Source of the DNA: Phycisphaera mikurensis NBRC 102666
GTDB taxonomy: Bacteria; Planctomycetota; Phycisphaerae; Phycisphaerales; Phycisphaeraceae
Direction of reading: 5' to 3'
NCBI RefSeq assembly: GCF_000284115.1
Contig: NC_017080.1
Span: 3,240,001-3,272,000 of the forward strand
Length of the DNA: 32,000 nucleotides
Shown here: positions 16,374 to 24,506 of the stretch, one piece after another
How the letters are laid out: the number at the start of each line of letters is the position of its first letter
Position numbering within the stretch: the first letter of the stretch is position 1
Position numbers and translations under genes: made by a program
The notes under the pieces: model-generated
The model's database searches: none
Told to the model about the DNA's origin: nothing
Seen by the model: the letters and a program-made list of their open reading frames with translations, nothing else

Positions 16374-18946
16374 CAGGGCAGCTCGATCAGGGCACGGCCG
16401 TCGCGGAAGAGCCCCACGCGGGTCCGCCCGTCCTCGTGAGCGGTGAAGGAGATCCGGTCGGCCGGCCCCCGGGGCCAGGTCAGCTCGACGACCCCGGACG
16501 CGGGCGAGCCGACCTCCGGCAGCGCGTCCACGCCGTGCCGGTGCGGGAACAGCAGGACGCGGAAGGCCGCCCCCACGCCCCGGCGGGGCACGATCAGGCG
16601 GCGGTCGAGGCCGAAGGTCCGGCCGCTGGGCCCGTCGTAGGTGTCCTTCTTCTCGAACGTCTCGACGCGCGGGGCGGGTGTCGCGTCGAAGCGGTCCAAC
16701 GGCAGGGGGTCGCCGTGGAGGACGCGGACGAGCAGCAGCGGCTCGCCCTCCGCCGGCTTGTAGCGCAGCGTCCCGGGCACGCGGTCGATCGTGTCGCGGC
16801 CCAGGAGGACGTCGGTGTAGACGAGCGGCGGGGGGCCGTCGCCCGCGTCGGGCGCGAGCCCGCGCGGGTTGTCGTGCTTCGTGATCGACAGCGCCGTCAG
16901 GTCCGGCTCCAGCATCATCGTCCACGCGTGGAGCCGCTCGCGGCCGTCCTTCATCACGTCGTCCACGACCAAGGCGTAGTCGCGTTCGCCACGCACCAGG
17001 CCCATCGTGCGGAAGGCGTGCTCCACCGGGTTGTGGGCGACGCGGACCGTCCAGGGGTCCTCGTCCCACATGCCCGAGTCGCGGAGGTCGAAGCCCTCGA
17101 AGGCGGCGACCACGTTGGGGTGCGTCTCGTGCTCCCACGCCACGCCGCGGTCGACCCAGTCCTGCGCCCGCTCGCGGTACACGCCGAAGCGCTCGATGGC
17201 GTGCTTGGGTGCGTCGACCGGCTGCGCGTAAGCGGCCTTGGGCCAGCGCCAGGCGTAGGGGTACGCGAGGTCGGCGATCAGGAACGCGGCGTCTTCGGTG
17301 TGCTCCATCGCGATGACGTCGGCGGGCGCGGCGGGGTAGCCCTGCCCGCGGCCGTCGATCAGCACGAGGTTGTGGTGCCGCGACTCCACCGAGCGGAACC
17401 CGTCGGCGGACCAGGGCCGGCCGAGCGCGAACAGCTGGAAGCCGCCACGGTCGGCGTGGTCGTGGTTGGTGTTGAAGCCGTCGGTCCGCGCCGCCATCGG
17501 CATCACGGTCGCGTCGTCGGCCCAGCGGTCCCGCGCGATCATCAGGCCGCGGCCGGCGTCGGTGAACGTGGTGGTGAGGCCCAGCTCCGCGGCCAACGCC
17601 GCCGCCGCGCCCGGCTCGGCGTCGGCGTCGTCGGCGAAGACCAGCGCGTCGATCAGCGTGAAGTGGCCGCGGTCGCCGCGGTCCAGCAGCTGCGCGGCGA
17701 CCTCGGCGTAGATCGCGTCGACGAGCGGGTCGTCGGGGTAGAAGAACTTCCGCACCATCAGCTCGTGGTGCGTGGGCGCGTGCGAGCCGCCGTCGCCGGG
17801 GCTGTTCCACCGGTCGGTGCCGGGGATCATCGTCTGCAGCTGCCACCGCGGGATCGCCCGGTAGCGGTCCATCGCGATGAGGTTCTCGCCGCGGCGGGTC
17901 ATCGCCGCCAGCGCCGGCGACCCCCACAGCCAGCCGAAGCTGGTGTAGCCGACGGCTTCGGTGCTCACGCCGTTCTGGGTGTACCCGTGCGACAGGTAAT
18001 CCCGCATCATCTCGACGCCGACCTCGTACACGCGCGGGTCGTACCCCTCCTCGCCCTCGATCGCCAGCGACAGCAGCGTGAAGTGCTGGGCGACGTTGAT
18101 CCAGTTCCAGTCGCGGAGGTGCGGCGGCAGGTTCATGCCGAAGGCGAAGGCGCCGCGGGTGATCCGCGCGATCACCCGCCGCGTCGCGTCGCGGTCCGCT
18201 TCGGCCATGTGCGGGGCCGCGAGGTCGTAGGCGTAGCCCAGCTGCTGGTAGCCGAGCCGCCGGTGGTTGTGCTCGGGGTGGCGGTCGGGCCAGCGGCCGG
18301 CGTCGTCGCCGTACGGCCCGGCCCGCCAGGCCTCCACCAGCGGCTCCATCTTCCGCGCCCACTGGGCGATGGCCTCCGCCGCCCGCTCGCCCTGCGTCGC
18401 GTCCTCGCGGAGCAGCGCATCGAGGGCCGCGAGCTCGAGGTCGTACAGCACCGGCTCGCGGTTGTAGCCGCCGCGGCCGGCGGGCTCGGGCGCGGCGAGC
18501 AGCGCCTCGACGGCGGCGAAATCGCCGGCGATCAGCGCCTCCACCGCCCGGTGCGTCCAGCTGCCGGGGGCGCGGAAGCCGGCGTCGAGCCGCCGGGTCA
18601 TCAAGCCGCGGAGGCGGCGGCCCACGGCCGTTTCCTCCGAGCGGCGGCGGAGGTCCGGCAGGTCGTCGGGCCCGAAGAGGATCCGCGGGTGGACGCCGGG
18701 CGCGGGCACCGGGCCGAGGCGGTCGCGCGCGAGCCCGGTCTGGTCGTACGCGACCTCGACGGCCGGCGACACCGGATACCCCAGGTCCCGGTTCAGCACC
18801 GCCTCGCCGTCGAAGGGCCGGTCGGAGACCCGCTTCGCGGGGTCGGGCGTCGGCGTGGGCGCGGGCTCCGCCGCGGCGGCGGGGGCGAGCGAAGCGGCGG
18901 CCGCGAGCGTCGCGGAGAGGGCGAGCGGGCGGGAGCGTTTTCTCAT
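16373..18946 (-). CDS. heparinase II/III family-like polysaccharide lyase, secreted
   Basis: MRKRSRPLALSATLAAAASLAPAAAA signal; HPRILFGPDDLPDLRRRSEETAVGRRLRGLM N-terminal motif; FNTNHDHADRGGFQLFALGRPWSADGFRSVESRHHNLVLIDGRGQG resembles the heparinase II/III His/Asp region. Confidence 0.8.
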   Translation of the reverse strand: MRKRSRPLALSATLAAAASLAPAAAAEPAPTPTPDPAKRVSDRPFDGEAVLNRDLGYPVSPAVEVAYDQTGLARDRLGPVPAPGVHPRILFGPDDLPDLRRRSEETAVGRRLRGLMTRRLDAGFRAPGSWTHRAVEALIAGDFAAVEALLAAPEPAGRGGYNREPVLYDLELAALDALLREDATQGERAAEAIAQWARKMEPLVEAWRAGPYGDDAGRWPDRHPEHNHRRLGYQQLGYAYDLAAPHMAEADRDATRRVIARITRGAFAFGMNLPPHLRDWNWINVAQHFTLLSLAIEGEEGYDPRVYEVGVEMMRDYLSHGYTQNGVSTEAVGYTSFGWLWGSPALAAMTRRGENLIAMDRYRAIPRWQLQTMIPGTDRWNSPGDGGSHAPTHHELMVRKFFYPDDPLVDAIYAEVAAQLLDRGDRGHFTLIDALVFADDADAEPGAAAALAAELGLTTTFTDAGRGLMIARDRWADDATVMPMAARTDGFNTNHDHADRGGFQLFALGRPWSADGFRSVESRHHNLVLIDGRGQGYPAAPADVIAMEHTEDAAFLIADLAYPYAWRWPKAAYAQPVDAPKHAIERFGVYRERAQDWVDRGVAWEHETHPNVVAAFEGFDLRDSGMWDEDPWTVRVAHNPVEHAFRTMGLVRGERDYALVVDDVMKDGRERLHAWTMMLEPDLTALSITKHDNPRGLAPDAGDGPPPLVYTDVLLGRDTIDRVPGTLRYKPAEGEPLLLVRVLHGDPLPLDRFDATPAPRVETFEKKDTYDGPSGRTFGLDRRLIVPRRGVGAAFRVLLFPHRHGVDALPEVGSPASGVVELTWPRGPADRISFTAHEDGRTRVGLFRDGRALIELP

Positions 18947-19030
18947 GGGGAGCCCGGGAGCGGCCGTGCGGCCGGGGGAAGCGGCGGTCGCCCGCGCGTG
19001 CGGGACCGCCACGCGACGACGCGGACCGCC

Positions 19031-19942
19031 TCAGAAGCCGTTGGAGGTGTCGCTGCCGTTCCCGTTCCAGAAGCGGTTCCACTCGGCGCGATCGCCGAAG
19101 GCGGGCAGCGTGAAAGGGTGGCTGGCCTTGAAGGTCACCGACTCCTGGTCGCGGCTCTCGGCGTGGCCGTCGAGGAAGATGTAGTTCCCCGTGCCGCCCT
19201 GGTAGTAGAAGCGGTCGGTGGCGGGCTCGACGATCTGATCGCCCGCCCCGCCGTGGGGCTGCAGGGCCGGCGTCGAGCCGTTGCCGCTGCCCGGGGCGCC
19301 GCGGCCGTTGATCTCGGGGTGCCACCACAGCGTCCCGCCGCTCCAGGGCCGCGGCCAGCCGCCGGCGTCGGCGAAGAGCATCAGCTCGCTCGCCGAGTCG
19401 GGGCCGTCGATGGTCCTGAGGCTCCCGAAGGAGTCCCGCCCGCTGAAGAGGCGGCCGATCTGGATGTTGATCGCGAAGGTGCCGCGGTAGCCCGGGTTCG
19501 TCGGGGTCCGGCCGACGTCGCCGATGCCGAAGGCCGATTCCGCCTCCTGGCAGGTGAAAGCGCCGCCCTGCGACCAGTTGCCCAGCTCCTCGTTGTTCTT
19601 CTGGTAGCCCGGGGAGAGCGCCGGGTCCGTGCCGTCGAGGAAGGGCGCCCCCATGTACTCGGAGTAGACGTACCAGTTGGTCGGCTCCCCCGTGCCGTCG
19701 GGCTCGAGGCCCGGGCCGCGGTACTGGCCGTAGGCGATCGCGCCGTCGCGGTCGACGGCGTAGGTGTTCACCGCGATGCCCATCTGCCGCATCTGGCTCA
19801 GGCAGACCACGCCGCGGGCCGCCTTGCGGGCGGCCCCCAGCGCCGGCAGCAGGATCCCGATGAGCAGGGCGATGATGCTGATGACCACCAGCAGCTCGAT
19901 GAGCGTGAAGGCGCGACGGCGTGAGGGAGCGTTGGAGGACAT
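19031..19942 (-). CDS. prepilin-type N-terminal cleavage/methylation domain protein (pseudopilin-like)
   Basis: [36 protein letters not shown] type IV prepilin signal; C-terminal [13 protein letters not shown]. Confidence 0.92.
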   Translation of the reverse strand: MSSNAPSRRRAFTLIELLVVISIIALLIGILLPALGAARKAARGVVCLSQMRQMGIAVNTYAVDRDGAIAYGQYRGPGLEPDGTGEPTNWYVYSEYMGAPFLDGTDPALSPGYQKNNEELGNWSQGGAFTCQEAESAFGIGDVGRTPTNPGYRGTFAINIQIGRLFSGRDSFGSLRTIDGPDSASELMLFADAGGWPRPWSGGTLWWHPEINGRGAPGSGNGSTPALQPHGGAGDQIVEPATDRFYYQGGTGNYIFLDGHAESRDQESVTFKASHPFTLPAFGDRAEWNRFWNGNGSDTSNGF

Positions 19943-20017
19943 GACGAAAGCTGGAAGAGAGGGAGAATCGACCCCGGAGCGGGAGCGGGAGGCAGGGCGC
20001 GGGAAATGTTGCATGGA

Positions 20018-20046
20018 ATGTTACCTTTGTTACGGACGCGAGTCAA
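20018..20046 (-). promoter_or_regulatory. sigma70-like promoter for the minus-strand pseudopilin/polysaccharide lyase genes
   Basis: On the minus strand: TTGACT (20046..20041), 17-nt spacer, TAACAT (20023..20018). Confidence 0.6.
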
Positions 20047-20291
20047 CCGTCCGACCGATCATGAACCGGCCCCATGCCCGAAGAACCCCCGTCTCGCTTG
20101 AAACCAGCCGCATCCGCTCCGAGACCGCTGGGTGCGGGCCCTACGCTGTCCCGCCGCCACCGCGCCCGCGGATGTGACAGCCCTGGGACACATCGGTCCG
20201 GGCCCGCCGTCCTCCGCACTACGCTGCCGCGGACGCGGCGCTCCGCCCTCCCGCCGCGGCCTGTCTCCACCCCTCCCCCCGCCCTTCGCCG

Positions 20292-21311
20292 ATGAGCACC
20301 CGCTCCCCGACCGCCGCCGAAGTCGCCGCCCGTGCGGGCGTGAGCCGGATGACGGTCTACCGGGTGATGAAGGAGGACCCGCGGGTGTCTTCCTCCACCG
20401 CGACCTCGGTCCAGCGCGCCATCCGCGACCTCAACTACCTCCCGCCGGGCCAGCGGAACGCCGAAGCCGACGCCGCCGGCGCGGGCGGGCGGCACGGCCG
20501 GCTGGCCTTCCTGATCCCCGACGCCGACGTCGCCGCCCTGCGGACGGCCCTGACCGGCCGGCTGCTGCACGGGATCGACGCCGTCCTCACGCCCCGCTCG
20601 CTGGAGCTCTCGCTGACGCGGCTGCCGGCCCCCGGCCAGCTCCCCGGGCTCATCACGCGGCGGAAGGTCGACGGCGTCATCGTGCGTTCGAGCCACCGCG
20701 ACGAGTTCCCCGCCGAGCGGATCGAGCGGGTGCCCTGCGTCTGGCTCATGGAGAGCCGCCGGCCGGCGCCACCCGGCGACGTGGTGCACACCGACGACGT
20801 CGAGATCGGCCGCCTCGCCGCGGAGGCGTTCTGCCGCCGCGGCCGCCGGCACGTCGCGATCCTCAACGAGAACGCCGAGCACACGTCGTACAACGAGCGG
20901 GTGAGGGGCCTGCAGGTGTCGCTGTCCGGCGGGCCGGTGGCCACCGAGCCGGTCGACGCGGCCGGCCTGTCCGGCTCGACCCGGCAGGCCGCGGCGTGCA
21001 TCGACCGCCTGCTCGATCGGCACCCCGGCCTCGACGGCTTCTTCCTGCCCGGCACCGTGCCCTTCGTCAGCCTGCTCCACCAGGCACTCGCAGCCCGCGG
21101 ACGCGATCTCGGCGGCGTCACGATCGTGAGCGCCAGCTACGACGCCGACCTCAACGCCTCGCTGCGGCCGCGCCCGGTCCACATCGACGCCCGCCCCGAG
21201 CAGCTGGGCGAGGCCGCGGCCGAGCTGCTGCTCTGGCGGCTGTCCCACCCCGCCGCCGCCCGCCGCCGCGTCACGGTGGTGCCCGCGGTGATCGAGCCCG
21301 AGAACGATTGA
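20292..21311 (+). CDS. LacI family transcriptional regulator
   Basis: TAAEVAARAGVSRMTVYRVMKEDPRVSSSTATSVQRAIRDLNYLPPG HTH and hinge; periplasmic-binding-type effector domain with LAEQLGEAAAELLLWRL-like C-terminus. Divergent from the minus-strand genes. Confidence 0.9.
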   Translation: MSTRSPTAAEVAARAGVSRMTVYRVMKEDPRVSSSTATSVQRAIRDLNYLPPGQRNAEADAAGAGGRHGRLAFLIPDADVAALRTALTGRLLHGIDAVLTPRSLELSLTRLPAPGQLPGLITRRKVDGVIVRSSHRDEFPAERIERVPCVWLMESRRPAPPGDVVHTDDVEIGRLAAEAFCRRGRRHVAILNENAEHTSYNERVRGLQVSLSGGPVATEPVDAAGLSGSTRQAAACIDRLLDRHPGLDGFFLPGTVPFVSLLHQALAARGRDLGGVTIVSASYDADLNASLRPRPVHIDARPEQLGEAAAELLLWRLSHPAAARRRVTVVPAVIEPEND

Positions 21312-21437
21312 GCCGCCGGGCCGCGGACCGCGGGCTCGGAGGGCTCCGCGGCCCGCCGGTCCGCGGGGCGAGACGCCGCCGCGCGGGAAGCCGGAACCGG
21401 CGGGTCGCGGCCGCGGCCGCTCTACGCTCGGTGGCCC

Positions 21438-23333
21438 ATGTCCCCGGACGCAGCCCCCACCGAACCCGTGCCCGCCGCCGCGCGCCAGCTGCTGGGGCTC
21501 GGCGGGGCGGGCGGGCAGGTCTCCCCGGGGCCCAAGCCGATCGCGACGCGGTCGCCGCGGCGGTCCGGCGAGGGCTCCGACTCGGTGGACCTCCCGCCCC
21601 GGCAGCTCTCGCTGACCGACTTCCTGGACCTCGAAACGCTGCAGGCGGTGCAGGACGGCTTCGTCTCGATCACCCGCCTGCAAGCGCAGATCCTCGACGC
21701 CGCCGGCCGGCCCGTCACCCGGCCCACCGACGCGAAGGTCCGCAGCGCGGCCGACGCGGCGACGGGCCTGCTGCTCGAGGAAGACGGCGGCGGCGAGCTC
21801 GCCGCCGGCGGCCGCTTCGTCGCGCCGATCGCCGTGGGGCCCGAGCGGCTGGGGTCGATCGTGATCGACGCGCCGCGGCACGCCAGCGACGCGGGCATCG
21901 GCCACGACGAGCTCGAGCGGCTCGCCGCCAGCCTCGGCCTGGGCCCCGAGGAGCGGCAGACGCTGTTCGAGGCCGCCGAGCCGGCCTTCGCCGCCAACCG
22001 CGGCGCCTCGGTGCAGTTCCTGTTCCTCATCGCCAACGCGATCACGCGGCTGTGCTACCAGGCGTGGGAGGGGCAGACACACGTGCAGGAGCTCGAGGCG
22101 CTGTACCGCGTGTCGACGGCCCTGGCCGCCGCCTCGGACGTGCAGGTCGTGCTCGACACCGCCGCGAAGTCGATCGCCGAGGTGCTCGACGCCGACGGCG
22201 TGGTCATCCGCCTGCTGCAGGAGGGGCCCGACGGGCCCGAGCTGGTCCGCCGCGCGAACCACGGGCTCTCCGCCTCCTACATCAACTCCGGCCAGCTGCT
22301 GGTGAACAAGAGCGAGCTCTACAGCAAGGTGATCCGAGGCGAGATCATCTACATCGAGGACCTGCCCGGCGACGCCCGGACCTACTACCCCGAGCTCGCC
22401 CGGGAGGAGGGGCTGGCCTCGATGCTGGCGCTGGGCCTCGCCGACCACGACCAGCCGATCGGCTCGATCCAGGTGTACACGGTGGAGACCCGGCGCTTCA
22501 GCCGCGACCTCGTGCGGCTGGCCCGCGCCGTCTCTCAGCTGGTGAGCGCCGCGATCTCCAAGACCCGCCTGGAGCAGGACCGCAACCGGAACTCGGCGAT
22601 GGTCCGCCAGATGCAGCTCGCCGCCGGCGTGCAGCGGAGGATGCTGCCCCAGCGGCTGCCCGAGCTGGCGGGCTTCGACGTGGCCGCCCGGTACATCCCC
22701 AGCTTCCAGCTCTCCGGCGACTTCTACGACTTCGTCCGCCTCGGCGACGGGAACGTGGGCTTCGCCATCGGCGACGTCGCCGGCAAGGGCATCGCGGCGT
22801 CGCTGCTCATGGCCTCGGTGCGGGCCTCGCTGCGGGCGTACGCCCACGACCTCTACCACCTCGACGAGGTGATCCGGCGGGTGAATCTTGCGCTGTGCCG
22901 CGACACCCTCGACGGCGAGTTTGCCACCCTGTGGTACGGCGTGCTCGACCCGACCGCCCGCCGCTTGACCTACTGCAACGCCGGCCACGAGCCGCCGATC
23001 CTGGTGCGTGACGGCCACATCATCCCGCTGGACGCCGGCGGCATGATCGTCGGGGTCGACCGCGACCAGGACTACGACAAGGGCGTCGTCGACCTGCAGC
23101 CCCGCGACCTGCTGCTGCTCTACACCGACGGCCTGCCCGACGCGATGAACGCCGAGCAGAAGCGATTCGGCCGGGTGGCGATGGAGGCGATGCTCCGCGA
23201 GATCGCAAACCGCGAGGGGCCACCGCGGCCCGCCGCCGAGGGCCTGCGGGAGATCGAGACCCACCTCCGGAACCACGCCGGCGCCCGCCGCGGCAGCGAC
23301 GACACCACGCTGGTGCTGCTGCGCTGCACCTGA
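21438..23333 (+). CDS. GAF domain-containing PP2C/SpoIIE (RsbU-type) serine/threonine phosphatase
   Basis: GAF-like region (LYRVSTALAAASDVQVVLDTAAKSIAEVLDADGVVIRLL); QMQLAAGVQRRMLPQRLPELAGFDVAARYIPSFQLSGDFYDF, GFAIGDVAGKGIAASLLMAS, LTYCNAGHEPPILV, LLLLYTDGLPDAMN, GSDDTTLVLLRC. Confidence 0.9.
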   Translation: MSPDAAPTEPVPAAARQLLGLGGAGGQVSPGPKPIATRSPRRSGEGSDSVDLPPRQLSLTDFLDLETLQAVQDGFVSITRLQAQILDAAGRPVTRPTDAKVRSAADAATGLLLEEDGGGELAAGGRFVAPIAVGPERLGSIVIDAPRHASDAGIGHDELERLAASLGLGPEERQTLFEAAEPAFAANRGASVQFLFLIANAITRLCYQAWEGQTHVQELEALYRVSTALAAASDVQVVLDTAAKSIAEVLDADGVVIRLLQEGPDGPELVRRANHGLSASYINSGQLLVNKSELYSKVIRGEIIYIEDLPGDARTYYPELAREEGLASMLALGLADHDQPIGSIQVYTVETRRFSRDLVRLARAVSQLVSAAISKTRLEQDRNRNSAMVRQMQLAAGVQRRMLPQRLPELAGFDVAARYIPSFQLSGDFYDFVRLGDGNVGFAIGDVAGKGIAASLLMASVRASLRAYAHDLYHLDEVIRRVNLALCRDTLDGEFATLWYGVLDPTARRLTYCNAGHEPPILVRDGHIIPLDAGGMIVGVDRDQDYDKGVVDLQPRDLLLLYTDGLPDAMNAEQKRFGRVAMEAMLREIANREGPPRPAAEGLREIETHLRNHAGARRGSDDTTLVLLRCT

Positions 23334-23440
23334 CGCGAGACCGCGGCGGCGGACCTTTGCGTCACCCGCGTCGTCCGCGGCTCCTCTCGGCCCGGGAGGG
23401 GCTCCTCGAGGCGTTCGGATTGTCTCTCAAGCGTCCGATG

Positions 23441-23516
23441 CCCGGGTGTCACGCCCTTGGGGGGTGGCCGCATCCCGACGACCTCCCGCGTTCGCCACCC
23501 CGCAAGCGGCGTGGCA
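23441..23516. repeat. nested palindromic repeat, copy 1
   Basis: CCCGGGTGTCACGCCCTTGGGGGGTGGCCGCATCCCGACGACCTCCCGCGTTCGCCACCCCGCAAGCGGCGTGGC. Inner arms GGGGTGGC/GCCACCCC; outer arms GGGTGTCACGCC/GGCGTGGCACCC. Confidence 0.85.
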
Positions 23517-23542
23517 CCCGAGACCTCCGCTCGTTCGCGGCT

Positions 23543-23618
23543 CCCGGGTGCCACGCCCCTTGGGGGGTGGCCGAATCCCGACGGCCTCCCGCGCTCGCCA
23601 CCCCGCAAGCGGCGTGGC
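23543..23618. repeat. nested palindromic repeat, copy 2
   Basis: CCCGGGTGCCACGCCCCTTGGGGGGTGGCCGAATCCCGACGGCCTCCCGCGCTCGCCACCCCGCAAGCGGCGTGGC: near-identical to copy 1, same orientation, 26-nt spacer. Confidence 0.85.
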
Positions 23619-23623
23619 GGGCG

Positions 23624-24280
23624 TCAGGTCGCGGGCCGGATCCCGAAGACGAAGATCCCGCACCACCGGTTGCCGACGCGGTCGGTGAGGGGGAAGCCGC
23701 GGACCGAGGGCAACTCCACCATGAGCCCCGCCGACAGCGCTTTCTCATGCCACACGCCCGCGTCGTGCACGGCCGTCTCCTCGTCGGCGGTGAACAGCAC
23801 GAGCAGGAGGCCGGCGTGGCGGACGCCCCGGTCGCGGGCCAGCTTCCGGGCGTCGGCCAGCAGCGTCCGCCCCAGCTCGGCGGCGTACCGCTTGGCGAAG
23901 CCCTCCTCGCCGAACTGCGCGGTGGTCTTCACCTCCAGCCAGAACGCCTCCTCGGGCGCGACCCCCGCCCCGCCGGGGTCGCCGAAGAGCGTTCCGGCCA
24001 GCTCGCCGTCGAGCACCGGCCGGCCGCCCGGCGTCAGCACCACGTCGCACCGCTCGCCCTCGCTGCGCTTGCGCCTCGACCACCCGCCGGGGAGCTTCTG
24101 CTCCGGCCACACGCCCCACCGCGCGTCCGCCGCCCGCAGCGCCGAATGCAGGAAGGGGTGCAGGTCGATCTCGCGGAGCACGTCGAGCCCGGCGACCGCC
24201 TGCTCGGCGTCGAGGGCGGCGGCGTCGGCCAGGAGTCCCGCCTCGATGGCGTCCGCGACGTCGGAGGGGGAGGGCGTCAT
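23624..24280 (-). CDS. hypothetical protein with possible PD-(D/E)XK nuclease-like motif
   Basis: ORF with MTPSPSDVADAIEAG start; CDVVLTPGGRP...EEAFWLEVKTTAQF resembles the D...ExK arrangement. Confidence 0.6.
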   Translation of the reverse strand: MTPSPSDVADAIEAGLLADAAALDAEQAVAGLDVLREIDLHPFLHSALRAADARWGVWPEQKLPGGWSRRKRSEGERCDVVLTPGGRPVLDGELAGTLFGDPGGAGVAPEEAFWLEVKTTAQFGEEGFAKRYAAELGRTLLADARKLARDRGVRHAGLLLVLFTADEETAVHDAGVWHEKALSAGLMVELPSVRGFPLTDRVGNRWCGIFVFGIRPAT

Positions 24281-24370
24281 GAAGAAGATGTGACCAGGAA
24301 ACGCGGCGGAAGGATCAACGCCCGGCGCACGCCGCCGCATTCAAGCCCGACACGAGGCCAACGAGACATC

Positions 24371-24484
24371 GGCACAGAGGCGAAGAAACGCGAACGAGCA
24401 AGACCCCCATACCGAGCACAGCGACGGCCCCACCTGCCCGCCTCCGTCTCTCCGTCTCTTCGTCTCTTCGTCTCTCCGTCTCTT
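24371..24484. repeat. dispersed intergenic repeat copy A, ending in a 5-unit 8-bp array (24442-24481)
   Basis: GGCACAGAGGCGAAGAAACG...CCGAGCACAGCGACGGCCCCACCTGCCCGCCT then CTCCGTCT, CTCCGTCT, CTTCGTCT, CTTCGTCT, CTCCGTCT; related sequence and array at 27149..27265. Confidence 0.65.
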
Positions 24485-24506
24485 AAGCGTCGAAGCCGCT
24501 GCTCCT

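Noticed and set aside
14187-19328. 1713-aa minus-strand ORF
   Set aside because: Only the C-terminal ~728 residues (from ATG 16373) look like a protein with a signal peptide; the rest is an Arg/Ala/Pro-rich shadow of the heparinase-like gene read in another frame.
16436-19924. 1162-aa plus-strand ORF opposite the heparinase-like gene
   Set aside because: Low-complexity antisense frame with no recognisable domain; typical of high-GC sequence where the true genes are on the other strand.
20132-23011. 959-aa plus-strand ORF overlapping LacI and the phosphatase
   Set aside because: Out-of-frame Arg/Pro-rich translation; the 20292 and 21438 frames contain the actual domains.
20043-23276. 1077-aa minus-strand ORF
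   Set aside because: Antisense shadow of the LacI and SpoIIE-type phosphatase genes, which have clear family motifs on the plus strand.
23441-23618. Twin palindromes considered as a CRISPR array
   Set aside because: Only two 76-bp units with one 26-nt spacer, longer than known CRISPR repeats, and no cas genes nearby; a REP/MITE-like explanation fits better.
24442-24481. Octamer array considered as part of a coding region
   Set aside because: It lies between a minus-strand start codon (24280) and a minus-strand stop (24507); 8-bp units would break frame, and no supported CDS overlaps it.
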